Counted from the stretch's first letter, positions 1 to 8,591 are shown. The stretch is DNA of 50,354 bases from Acidilobaceae archaeon (GCA_038824665.1 JAWBBK010000002.1:1-50354); one strand, 5' to 3'. Made by a program: numbers and translations. The notes: generated from the letters alone by a model not told the origin.

Positions 1-479
1 TTGCTTTCACTCTCCGTTTCATCTTTATCGGCTTTGCTTTCACTCTCCTTACTTCTTTTTTTGTCACCTTCGCCTTTTTTCATATATAGGAATCCACCAA
101 CGTCAGCTACCACACTAGCCTTAATGAATGTCTCCTCTATACCACATGGATCTTTATTACCTATATCAATTCCTGAGTACCAGTTCTTAATAATATCATC
201 ATCAGAGTACTTCAGATAGTAGCCTTGCTTATCTAGACCAGTAACTTTAAGTTCCATAGATTCCGCTATTTGGGTTAACAGCCTCTGATAGTGATATGCA
301 ATTGCTTCTCCGCTAACCACCGGCACATAGACTACGTTATACTTGCCCTCTGAGTACGTAACTATAGGCGCTCTTCTGTGTTTAGTAACGTTGCCAACGC
401 TCTCAACCATGTTTAGTGCTTCAACGTTAACTAAAAATCTACCTGAAAGCGATAAGGTTAGAACACCTCCTGAAGACAT
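1..479 (-). CDS. cas7: Type I-A Cascade backbone Cas7 (Csa2), truncated by window edge
   Basis: Not in ORF track. Translated by hand from ATG 479: MSSGGVLTLSLSGRFLVNVEALNMVESVGNVTKHRRAPIV...VPVVSGEAIAYHYQ...DVGGFL, typical Csa2 motifs. GGTGA RBS upstream; follows csa5. Confidence 0.93.
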   Translation of the reverse strand, partial: MSSGGVLTLSLSGRFLVNVEALNMVESVGNVTKHRRAPIVTYSEGKYNVVYVPVVSGEAIAYHYQRLLTQIAESMELKVTGLDKQGYYLKYSDDDIIKNWYSGIDIGNKDPCGIEETFIKASVVADVGGFLYMKKGEGDKKRSKESESKADKDETESES

Positions 480-489
480 GATTCATCAC

Positions 490-1014
490 CTACTCTTTTA
501 TGCGCAGTTCTTCGAAAGCGCTAGCTTTCTTAGCCATTACCTCTATATATAGGTTGCGAGTCTCTTTCACTATATCAGCGCTGCTCTTTCCCTCAATGCG
601 TTTTTTAAAACTAATAACGCTTTTTTCAATATCCTCCGGTTCGATGTTTGGACATCTCAGTTTGAAAGTAGTTCCTCCTATCTTAACTTCAACAACTCTC
701 TCTTGAGCAGGTTTATCGGTACAGAGAGAATGATAATCTCTCACCGCGTCCTTTATCGCTTCGTAGACCGTTATTTCATCGAGAGCGTTGCCTATCCTAT
801 CTATATATCCATAGTTTCTCTGCGCAGCGAAGAACGCTAATATTTTAACTAACGCGCTCGTTTTATCGAACTCTCTCCCCTTAGGAGTTTCTACAGCTTG
901 AAGATCGTTATGGTGAGACCTTTCATGCGATTGAGAAGGTTCTGGAATCAAACTCTCAAGCCTCACAGATAAGTGTAGTGGGTTAAAGGTTAATAAACTT
1001 AACGTTAGAAACAC
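490..1014 (-). CDS. csa5: Type I-A small subunit Csa5 (Cas11); true start possibly TTG at 951
   Basis: Motif YGYIDRIGNALDEITVYEAIKDAVR; directly upstream of cas7. A GTGAGG RBS-like sequence precedes the TTG at 951. Confidence 0.8.
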   Translation of the reverse strand: MFLTLSLLTFNPLHLSVRLESLIPEPSQSHERSHHNDLQAVETPKGREFDKTSALVKILAFFAAQRNYGYIDRIGNALDEITVYEAIKDAVRDYHSLCTDKPAQERVVEVKIGGTTFKLRCPNIEPEDIEKSVISFKKRIEGKSSADIVKETRNLYIEVMAKKASAFEELRIKE

Positions 1015-1058
1015 TTTTAGATTGTCTTATCGTAAAGTTAAATATCATAGAAAAACGC

Positions 1059-1212
1059 TTAACTATTAAAAGAACAGATGTCAAATTGAATGAGACAGAA
1101 GCGTAAGCGCAAGAAAGTTCTAACTATGTGGAAGTCCTGGAAAGATGTGCGAAAGTCGATGAATAAAGGTAAGAAGAGACTTCTGGACAATAGCTTAAGC
1201 CTATCCTTAAAG
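1059..1212 (-). promoter_or_regulatory. Upstream element with TATA box (TTTTAATA on - strand) of the csa5-cas7 operon; paralog of 5924-6080
   Basis: Collinear similarity to 5924-6080: ctattaaaaga..cagatg.ca.attgaat.agacagaa ... aagat.tgcgaa ... ttaaag. Confidence 0.6.
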
Positions 1213-1278
1213 ATGTTGACCTCAGATCTGAGTTCTGCAGACGCTCTCCTAGCGCTTTCGTGCTTGAAGCGGTTCTTC

Positions 1279-1304
1279 ACGTCTATTCCCTTGAGGAGAC
1301 TCAG
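1279..1304 (-). repeat. Degenerate CRISPR-repeat-like motif
   Basis: CTGAGTCTCCTCAAGGGAATAGACGT shares the exact 11-mer AAGGGAATAGA with the repeat at 6290-6315 (15/26 ungapped). Confidence 0.4.
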
Positions 1305-1636
1305 CTCTGTCTAGCGTTTTCGAGCCGTAGCTCAGGTTGTTCATTAGATAGCTTATACTTAAAAACTCTTTGCTGAAGCGATTCTCAAAAGAGTATACTT
1401 TCTTTAGCGCTAACGATCAATTTCATAACCTCAAAGTCTACATAGCGAAACGAGCTGACAGCTCTTCAAGAGACTTTCAAGAAGTCTTAACTATATGCAA
1501 AAACCGTAGCTAACTCAGTTACGGCTTTAAGTCTTAAGCACTCTTTAGATGATGCTAAGTTGGCGATGTCTAACTATTTAGTCAAAGCGTGACAACAGTT
1601 TCGATGAGCGTTGCACAGATCATTAGTCGTTCAGAT

Positions 1637-2419
1637 TTACCTGTTGAGCGCCATTATAGACTTCAGCTTTATCTGTCCAAACCCTATTCCTTTGCTCTTC
1701 CCTATGTTTGTTTTCTCCGCTAGCTTTACTAAAGCAACAAATATCTCAGCGTTTTTCGCTCCGTAAACTCCATACGTCGCTATTCCTCTGAAAGCTTTCA
1801 GCGTCCTTTCTTCACCTTCTTTTTTTCCAATACTGTATTTTTCGACTATCGTTTTAGGAGATCCTATCAGCTCTACATATCTAAACAGCTTGTGAGCCGT
1901 CTTTCTCAAGTCCACACCAGTTAATCTTGACGCTATGAGCGCAGCGCTGTAAATTAGCCTTTGCGGTGAAGGGTATAACACTCTCCACGATCTGAACATG
2001 AATATAGTTGGAGCGTACTCTATAGTAACGCTAAACCTATCGCCGTCTAGACCTAGAGGGTCTTTAGGCAGTCTGGTCTCTTCAACGCTCAAAGATTCAA
2101 GTCTTAAGCCTTTAGACTCAAGAGCTTTGAACTCCGACAGAATAGAGTCGAGAGGCTTCTCGCCAAGAAAGGTGACTCTAAAGGACACGTTAGAGCCTTC
2201 GGGAACTACTTTTGAAGAGACTCTGTTGTCAACTACGCGTCCGCTAAGAAGAAGGTTGCCATCAACATAGAGCGGAGAAACAGATAAAGGCTTGACGTTA
2301 GAACCTATAGAATATATAAAGCTAGAAACGAGAGAGCCGCTCCAAGAAATAACGGGAAACCCTCTCAAAGCTCTGAAGCTAGCGTAAACAACATAAGCGC
2401 GACCGAAGACTTCACTCAA
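1637..2419 (-). CDS. cas6: CRISPR RNA endoribonuclease Cas6
   Basis: C-terminal Gly-rich loop IGKSKGIGFGQI, PTIF and YPSP motifs, cas context. Confidence 0.88.
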   Translation of the reverse strand: MSEVFGRAYVVYASFRALRGFPVISWSGSLVSSFIYSIGSNVKPLSVSPLYVDGNLLLSGRVVDNRVSSKVVPEGSNVSFRVTFLGEKPLDSILSEFKALESKGLRLESLSVEETRLPKDPLGLDGDRFSVTIEYAPTIFMFRSWRVLYPSPQRLIYSAALIASRLTGVDLRKTAHKLFRYVELIGSPKTIVEKYSIGKKEGEERTLKAFRGIATYGVYGAKNAEIFVALVKLAEKTNIGKSKGIGFGQIKLKSIMALNR

Positions 2420-2605
2420 CTCTCAACACCGACGAGCACTACATCAACTCTCCTATAGCTCTTTTAACCTACTTAACTCTTATAGGTCAAAGCCTGAACA
2501 AACGTCGAAATCCACTTAGAACTAATCGAACTCTTAAATGACTTCTAAAGACGACAGTTAAAGCTTTAAGACTTTCATAACCCAAATCTTTAAGCTAAGG
2601 GAGTA

Positions 2606-3301
2606 GTGTTGTACAGAGCTATAGTAGCTGGCGTTGGGTTCAATTGGCGTCGTGTTTTAAGAGGGTTTTACGGTATTGGCTTCAACCCTGGAGATTACGC
2701 TATTCTAGTCAACTCAGAGCCTAGAGATAACAACGCAGTAGAAGCTATGAACATCCTCTCATCTAGATTAAGCGAGTTAGGCTTATCTACCAAAGAGTTC
2801 TGGCTAGATCCCACAAAACCCTTCGAGGAAAACGTAGCTATCGTCAGGAGCTTTATTGAAGACCGTGCTCCTTGTACTACCGTTTTTCTAATAGGCGGCG
2901 GGTTTAGGTGGCTTAGCGCTCTTTTAATGATGACAGCTATGATCTTAAAGTCTATCAGCTTCGTTGGCGTTGATGTTGAGAAGATCAGGATCGAGATCGA
3001 AGAAGAATTAGAGAGCAGAGCTGTCAGCGTTCCAACTTTATATATCGAGATCCCAGTAGTCCCTAAGTTTGTCAACATTTCGGTTCAAGATTACGACGTT
3101 TTAAAAGCTATAGCTAAAAAAGGAAAAGCTAGAGTCAAGAATATCATAGATGAGACTAGCTTATCGAGAACTGTTGTCGTTAAGAGGCTTAAGAAGCTCT
3201 TAGACCTCGGACTGATAAAGTCTGAGACCAGAGGTAAAGGCAATCTCTACAGCTTAACTCAGCTAGGAGTAATGCTCGCTCACAAAGTTCTTCAAAGCTG
3301 A
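2606..3301 (+). CDS. csa3: CRISPR-associated transcription regulator Csa3 (CARF + winged HTH)
   Basis: N-terminal VGF and GGGFR Rossmann-like CARF; C-terminal wHTH (LSRTVVVKRLKKLLDLGLI...KGNLYSLTQLG). Confidence 0.85.
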   Translation: MLYRAIVAGVGFNWRRVLRGFYGIGFNPGDYAILVNSEPRDNNAVEAMNILSSRLSELGLSTKEFWLDPTKPFEENVAIVRSFIEDRAPCTTVFLIGGGFRWLSALLMMTAMILKSISFVGVDVEKIRIEIEEELESRAVSVPTLYIEIPVVPKFVNISVQDYDVLKAIAKKGKARVKNIIDETSLSRTVVVKRLKKLLDLGLIKSETRGKGNLYSLTQLGVMLAHKVLQS

Positions 3302-3892
3302 GCTACACATCTTCTTGTAGAAACAGGCTTTACATTTAATCTTATCGATAGTCCCTCTAGGCTTAACCGCGCTTCTCACCATCTCTTTGAACTCTTTCGC
3401 TAACGTAACTACATAATTTCTAATAGGAGGAGTTAACTTAATCCTAACTATACCTTCTTTTTCTAAAGGCACTATAGTGATCTCATCTACAACAACTTTG
3501 AGCGTCTCCTCTACAGCTATAGCGTAAGCTACAGCCTGAACTACATGATGTCTGTACTTTTTCCAAAGATTCCTTCTTGAAGTTTCGAGCTTTACTTCAA
3601 CGAGCTTAGCTCTAAAACCGTTAACGATCACGAGATCAGCTATGCCTCGAACGTTGAGTTTTTTAGACTCTACAGGCACTGACCACAGGAACTCTCCATC
3701 TATGCCTTTTCTTCTGAGCTTCGTTTCAACAACGTTTTTATCTATCTTCTCCTTAGCGTACTTCATAGACTCTGTAGGAGGTTCCATAGTTAAAAACGTT
3801 TTATAGTACGCTATCAAAGGACAGTACGCATATTCTTTAAGTAAAAATATAGGTATGCTATAACACTGCGTATTTAGAAATCGATTCAGCAT
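3263..3892 (-). CDS. cas4: CRISPR-associated exonuclease Cas4
   Basis: EYAYCP, RecB-type GIAD...VEVK, QAVAYA and C-terminal KCKACFYKKMC Fe-S cysteines. Confidence 0.92.
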   Translation of the reverse strand: MLNRFLNTQCYSIPIFLLKEYAYCPLIAYYKTFLTMEPPTESMKYAKEKIDKNVVETKLRRKGIDGEFLWSVPVESKKLNVRGIADLVIVNGFRAKLVEVKLETSRRNLWKKYRHHVVQAVAYAIAVEETLKVVVDEITIVPLEKEGIVRIKLTPPIRNYVVTLAKEFKEMVRSAVKPRGTIDKIKCKACFYKKMCSSALKNFVSEHYS

Positions 3893-4142
3893 AGTTAAAC
3901 ACGCCTAATCTAAAAGCTTTCTCAAGAGATTCCCAAGGGACTACCATGACTATAACGTTGTCTGTCTTATAGTCTATAATTCTAGCTAGAGCTCTAGCGG
4001 CTTCTTTAGCCTCATGTGCTCCTCCTCTTCTTACATAAAGACTTCTTTGTACTCTCGTGAACCCCATTGATTTAAGCTTCTCTGACGCTCTAAACCTAAC
4101 AGCGTCATCAGATATGTCGTAAGCTACTACCACATAGGGCAT
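3858..4142 (-). CDS. cas2: CRISPR-associated Cas2
   Basis: VVAYDISDD..R and RVQRSLY motifs; 94 aa; follows cas1. Confidence 0.95.
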   Translation of the reverse strand: MPYVVVAYDISDDAVRFRASEKLKSMGFTRVQRSLYVRRGGAHEAKEAARALARIIDYKTDNVIVMVVPWESLEKAFRLGVFNYAESISKYAVL

Positions 4143-5134
4143 TAGAAGATCACCCTAAATCCTAAATAAGACTCTCCAGATCTAAACGTGTTTGCAAGAT
4201 CTTGAGCTTCAAGTCTCACATGGTCTTTAAACGTTAAAGCTCTACGTCTTTTAGACGATCTAACGGTAGAAGAAAGATTATCGAGAACTATTGACGCTAC
4301 TAGCTTTCTAGACTCGTATTCTAAGAAGCCGTTTACAAGCTTTACTTGTTGAAGTCTATAAGCGTTAACTATAAGAGCTTTATCTACTACAGGAGCTCTG
4401 AACATTTCTATAAAGTCTAGCGTTAACGACGGCTTTCCGCTTTTAAGTGTATGAAGTAAGCCTAGATACGGATCTAAGCCCGCTAGCATCAACACTTTCT
4501 CACATTCAGCATATAGTATACCGTAGCCGTAGTTCAAAGCTATGTTGAATATGTCTGTGCCTTCTGGATCTCTGCCAGCAAAGCCTAAACTTCCAGGCAA
4601 CAGCTCTGAGACCATGTTCCAATATCTTCTAGCAGCTTTAGCTTCAATGCTCATAATGTCTTCTGGGTTTACTCTATCTATAGGCGTTTCTAAAACCTCT
4701 CGCGCTATATGTTCGACCTCCCATCCTCCTTCGATTATTCTGCTCTCTCTTCTACTCTTTCCCATATATTTAAGAACTTGAGCTTGATTATACACCTTAG
4801 AGTATATCATCTCTCTAATTATGGCTTTAGCTAAGCTCGTGTTGACGTTTGAATACTGTCCTATTCTAGCCATAACGGTCTTATTAATTATAGGTGAACA
4901 CACTCTAGCTACTACGTCTCCTCTCGAGTCTAAGAACACAACATCGATTCCTAGCTTAGACGCTAAGCGTATAGCCTTAGACGTTATCGACACTCTAGAC
5001 GAAGCTATTACTATCTGGTCTACGTCGCTAGTGATTTGAATCTTCTTGCCGTTCTTAAGGCTGATAACGATAGAGTCTTTTCTTACATAAATTTTAGATC
5101 CCGGATCCACTAGAAACAGCTCCATAGCATACAC
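4142..5134 (-). CDS. cas1: CRISPR integrase Cas1 (start probably ATG 5125)
   Basis: EAKAARRYW, NIALNYGYGILY, GLDPYLGLLH and LDFIEMFRAPVVD motifs. Confidence 0.97.
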   Translation of the reverse strand: MYAMELFLVDPGSKIYVRKDSIVISLKNGKKIQITSDVDQIVIASSRVSITSKAIRLASKLGIDVVFLDSRGDVVARVCSPIINKTVMARIGQYSNVNTSLAKAIIREMIYSKVYNQAQVLKYMGKSRRESRIIEGGWEVEHIAREVLETPIDRVNPEDIMSIEAKAARRYWNMVSELLPGSLGFAGRDPEGTDIFNIALNYGYGILYAECEKVLMLAGLDPYLGLLHTLKSGKPSLTLDFIEMFRAPVVDKALIVNAYRLQQVKLVNGFLEYESRKLVASIVLDNLSSTVRSSKRRRALTFKDHVRLEAQDLANTFRSGESYLGFRVIF

Positions 5135-5897
5135 CCCTGAAGGGACATGAACTAGGACAGCTAGCGGCTAAGCCAGGGTCTTCGTTGTATTCGATCATTC
5201 TAGCAACTCGATCTCTCACGTCTAAGAACTTCCTCCTAAGGCTATCGTCTACGTTAACTACTTTCCAATTGATCTTAACGTCGCTGTTAAACGATATATG
5301 AGCTATAACTCCATAATCTACAGGATGTCCGATCCAAGCTTCAATAGATAAAGCGTAAGCTGCAACAGCTAGCTCTTTCTTCTCTAACTCTCCAGAAGTC
5401 GTGATCTCCACTGGGATAAAACCTACTAAAGCGTCTGGCTTTACGTGATCTGAAAGACCTATAGCTGAAGCGGGAATAAGAGGTTCAACAGATACTGGGA
5501 TGCCGTCTACTTTAGAAATAGCGTAGAGTTCGAGAGCTCTTTCAAACACGTTCCATAAAAGCCTTTCGGTATCGTCATCAACTTTAGTTGGGCTGAGGTA
5601 TTCGCTAAACCTAGAAGGCAAAGAACTCAAGCTACCTCTATAGTTAAACGGGTATAGAAAAGCTTCGTGAACGAGTCTACCGAAAACCATAGGACTTGAT
5701 TTGCTCTTCAACCCTTTAACTTTCCTCAAGTAAACATCGCGCTTGCTAGGACAGACGCTGGTGATATCGGAAACGCTAGGTCTAAATCTAAACCTAGGTC
5801 CTACGAAATCAAACCTCCATCCTCTAATCTCATAAAAGCCTCTCTCATCTAAGCTCCTAATATAATCCCAAACGCTTCTAGGGATCATTCTGATCAC
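5094..5897 (-). CDS. csa1: Type I-A Cas4-like Csa1 (Cas4a)
   Basis: EIRGW, PSVSDI..CPSKRDVYL, LSD.VKPD, AAYAL.IE and CPSSCPFRGVC motifs; first gene of the csa1-cas1-cas2-cas4 operon. Confidence 0.9.
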   Translation of the reverse strand: MIRMIPRSVWDYIRSLDERGFYEIRGWRFDFVGPRFRFRPSVSDITSVCPSKRDVYLRKVKGLKSKSSPMVFGRLVHEAFLYPFNYRGSLSSLPSRFSEYLSPTKVDDDTERLLWNVFERALELYAISKVDGIPVSVEPLIPASAIGLSDHVKPDALVGFIPVEITTSGELEKKELAVAAYALSIEAWIGHPVDYGVIAHISFNSDVKINWKVVNVDDSLRRKFLDVRDRVARMIEYNEDPGLAASCPSSCPFRGVCYGAVSSGSGI

Positions 5898-5923
5898 CTG
5901 TAGAGATCAAACCTTCAAAACAT

Positions 5924-6080
5924 TTAGCTATTAAAAGAGACAGATGACACATTGAATAAGACAGAAAGAACAAACAATGAGACAATTCTTAACATGCGAA
6001 AACTATTAGAAGATATGCGAACACTGACGAGAAGAAGCCTGATGGAGATATCCGAACAAACATTATACAAACCGTTAAAG
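5924..6080 (-). promoter_or_regulatory. Upstream element with TATA box of the csa1-cas1 operon / distal CRISPR leader; paralog of 1059-1212
   Basis: TTTTAATA on - strand about 30 bp upstream of the csa1 start; sequence similarity to 1059-1212. Confidence 0.6.
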
Positions 6081-6289
6081 CCTTCCGAACGCTGACGAAG
6101 CAAGACGATATAGCCTTAAATTGTTCGGATGAAGGCTAGGAGGAACTCCATAACGGAGTTAGATATTTAAGCTACGAGCGATTAATAGAGACGTGGCTGA
6201 CGGTCCCCAAAGGGATATTTACATAAAGGAGACGACAAGCCTCAAAGGGGAAAAATTAAAAGATTAAGAAAGAACTTAAAGTATTAAAC
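6081..6289 (+). promoter_or_regulatory. CRISPR leader, proximal part
   Basis: Non-coding. Ends in the purine/AT-rich GGGGAAAAATTAAAAGATTAAGAAAGAACTTAAAG, typical of crenarchaeal leader BRE/TATA, directly before a repeat-like 26-mer. Confidence 0.6.
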
Positions 6290-6315
6290 GATAACTCCCT
6301 AAAGGGAATAGAAAG
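6290..6315 (+). CRISPR. Single (orphan) CRISPR repeat GATAACTCCCTAAAGGGAATAGAAAG, no spacer array
   Basis: GAT start, ATAGAAAG 3' handle and internal palindrome TCCC-TAAA-GGGA; adjacent to the leader and cas1 operon. Only one copy, so the call rests on context. Confidence 0.6.
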
Positions 6316-6321
6316 CAAAGG

Positions 6322-7677
6322 TCAATCGTCGTACTTAACTCTTTTCCACTTACTGAAAACGTCTGGAAGGTCTTGTATAGTGTATATGAAAAAACGCTTT
6401 TTTCGTTTTTCTCGCTACTTCATCAGCTAGCCTCTTAGTTTCATCAGTAATCCCTATGAATCCGTCTGTGAACACCACGACTACTGAAGGAACTCTCTTC
6501 TGTTTGAGAACCTATTTGAGTGCATCATCTATTCTTGTATCTCCACTGCCAGTCGTCTTGACCTTGTCTTCATATTCATCTATATCGAACACCTCTCTAA
6601 CTTCAGTATCCCAAGCGATTACCTTAACGTTTTTGATTCTAACTTGATGAACGAGTTCTCTCATATCTGAAAGAAACTCAAACAACTCTTTCTCAGAGAC
6701 GTTTCCGCTTATGTCTATCAGCACTGCGACGTCTGGAGGCTCAACTGGTCTCATTACGATCGCAGGAAGCTCGTCTCCAAACCTTCTGTTCGGTAGTCTC
6801 CAATCAGTTTGTACAATTGGGTAAGATAGTTGAAGTAAAGCTCCTCTTAAGTAGTACTTCCACGATTGTTGAGACTTATAGACTAGCGGGATCTCGCGCT
6901 CGTTTTCTTCAGCTTTCTCTTCGACCTCGGTCTTTGACCTCTTCTCCTCCAAGAGGTTATAGAGAGCTCTGATAAGCTTATGCGATCTTATAACGTCGCT
7001 TATCTTCGTTCTCCACTCAAGATCTAGATCTCTTTTCTCTTTTGTTTCTCTCAGCTTGTCTTCTTGGTCTTTGGGAACCGTTAAGTAATATTCTCTCTTT
7101 TTCAGCTCTTCTATCAGGTCTTTAGCGTGTTGTTTGAGCGCACGCATCAAAATGTAGTATACAGTTAGCGGATGTGACTCAAGCATTTTTATGGGTTCTA
7201 TTGTGATCTTATAGGAAGCGTTCGTTCTAACGAGAATCTCGTTTGCCAAACTTATCAGATCTTCGCCGGTTATAGGCTTCGCTCTTCATATACGCTTTTT
7301 GACAACATACCAACTTTTCTAGCTATCTCGTTTATAGCTGCATCTACAACATAGTCGTAAAGAGCGAGGTTTTCTACGTTCTTTCTCTCAACTAACGTTA
7401 AGTCTCCAAGAACCCAATGTATGATCTCATGAAATGCTACGAACTTCTTGACTTCTGGAGACGCATTGCTTATCTTGTTCCAGAACTTTGAGTTCACGTA
7501 AACCTTCTTATCGTTGCTTACAACAATAGTTTCGACTTCATCATCCGCTATGACGACCTCTTTAGGAACATAATCAGCTAGCGTGAACGCAGTGTTCTTC
7601 AATACATCAACAAAAGTCTCAAAGACGTCTTTTTTAATGCGCATGTTCTCGTCTTCAGCGCTTAAACTTAGCGACAC
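6322..7677 (-). pseudogene. Disrupted HExxH-metallopeptidase + VWA protein (DUF2201-like)
   Basis: ORF 7270-7677 (HEIIH..GD...DAAINE) and ORF 6512-7249 (W..PNRR, IDISGN MIDAS-like, GSGDT) are joined by a frameshift near 7290. In-frame TAG at 6512-6514 is followed by VVVFTDG. A further frameshift in the A6 run 6389-6394 gives ...WKRVKYDD* ending at 6322. Confidence 0.75.
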
Positions 7678-8256
7678 GCCATCAGCGCCTTTAGATCAGC
7701 CACATAGAGGCTAGCTCTTATATAGATTTGTTTTAGTTGATCAACAGGTTTGAGAAGTTTTTTGAACATCTCAGAGAACTATAGACTAGAACTTCGCATA
7801 GCTTTATCATTCATCAGACTTTTCCGCATAAAGTCTTGTTTTGATCGGATTGACTCAAGAACTTTATTCCAAGCCTCTCGAGGTCGCTTTAACGGTTTCG
7901 TTCAGATCTTCGTTTTTGAAGAATCACAACTCGTTGCCTTGGGCTTTTGTGATCTTGACTATCGCTAGGACCTTAACCATTTCTTTCATGCTTTCTGCTT
8001 TCCATGTAAGAGGCACTATAGCTATATCCGTTTTCCCAGCTCCTATAGATGTTGTGGTAGAACCTTTAGCCAATACAACTTGCTGAGTTAAGCGGATAGG
8101 CTAAGGCATAGCCGATACCGGATCTCTCTCGTAGACTTTCTTCAAAGAAAGCGTGAAGCTCTTGTGTGAGATCTGTAGCGTTAAATAGGCTTCAAGTCAA
8201 ACAAGATGCGCAGAGTTTAAAAAGGTCGTAGCGTTGGTTGAGAGAGGTGCGAAAAA

Positions 8257-8562
8257 GTGCACGAACTCAGAAACCTAATCTACGCTTTAGTCATAGCGGT
8301 CTTAGCGATTTCAGCATCGCTAGCTTGGGCTCAAGAAGGTCAAGAGAGCACTGTTCTTTATAAAGCTGCAGCAGCTGCAGCAGCTGTAGGCATAGCCGGT
8401 ATAGCTGCTGGAATAGCTATAGCTATGGCTGGATCAGCAGCAGCAAGCGCTATAGCTGAAAGAAGAGAAGCAGCAGGTACGTTGCTGATTATCGTAGCTC
8501 TAGGTGAAGGTATAGCGATCTACGGATTCCTAGTGGCTCTACTTATCATCCTTCTCCTCTAG
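8257..8562 (+). CDS. atpK: A/V-type ATP synthase proteolipid subunit K (c)
   Basis: Signal-like N-terminus and hydrophobic hairpin with IVALGEGIAIYG carrying the conserved Glu; GAGGTG RBS. Confidence 0.88.
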   Translation: MHELRNLIYALVIAVLAISASLAWAQEGQESTVLYKAAAAAAAVGIAGIAAGIAIAMAGSAAASAIAERREAAGTLLIIVALGEGIAIYGFLVALLIILLL

Positions 8563-8591
8563 GCTAAACAACAACTCTTATATCGACTAAG

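Noticed and set aside
871-891. Repeat-like GAAACTCCTAAGGGGAGAGAG (- strand) within the 5' part of csa5
   Set aside because: Needs several gaps to align to the repeat, lacks the ATAGAAAG handle and lies in coding sequence; probably chance.
1059-1314. ORFs 1059-1280 (-) and 1090-1314 (+)
   Set aside because: No recognisable motifs. The paralogous DNA at 5924-6080 does not preserve the frame, so the region is better explained as non-coding.
1249-1344. 31-codon minus-strand ORF MNNLSYGSKT... as a CreT-like toxin
   Set aside because: No RBS, the ATG is too close to the TATA box to be transcribed from it, and there are no tandem rare codons.
6316-6365. Possible spacer plus degenerate second repeat (ttaactc...gaaaac)
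   Set aside because: Explained as the antisense 3' end of the VWA pseudogene (WKRVKYDD*); similarity to the repeat is weak.
6512-6514. In-frame TAG as pyrrolysine or readthrough codon
   Set aside because: The gene has two further frameshifts and there are no pyl genes in the window; simple decay is more likely.
7925-8100. Minus-strand fragment containing GAGKT (Walker A-like)
   Set aside because: Under 60 codons, with no start codon, Walker B or other ATPase context.
8257-8562. ATP synthase proteolipid gene separated from the atp operon; GCA/GCT repeats
   Set aside because: Dispersed atp genes are common in crenarchaea, and the repeats simply encode poly-Ala.
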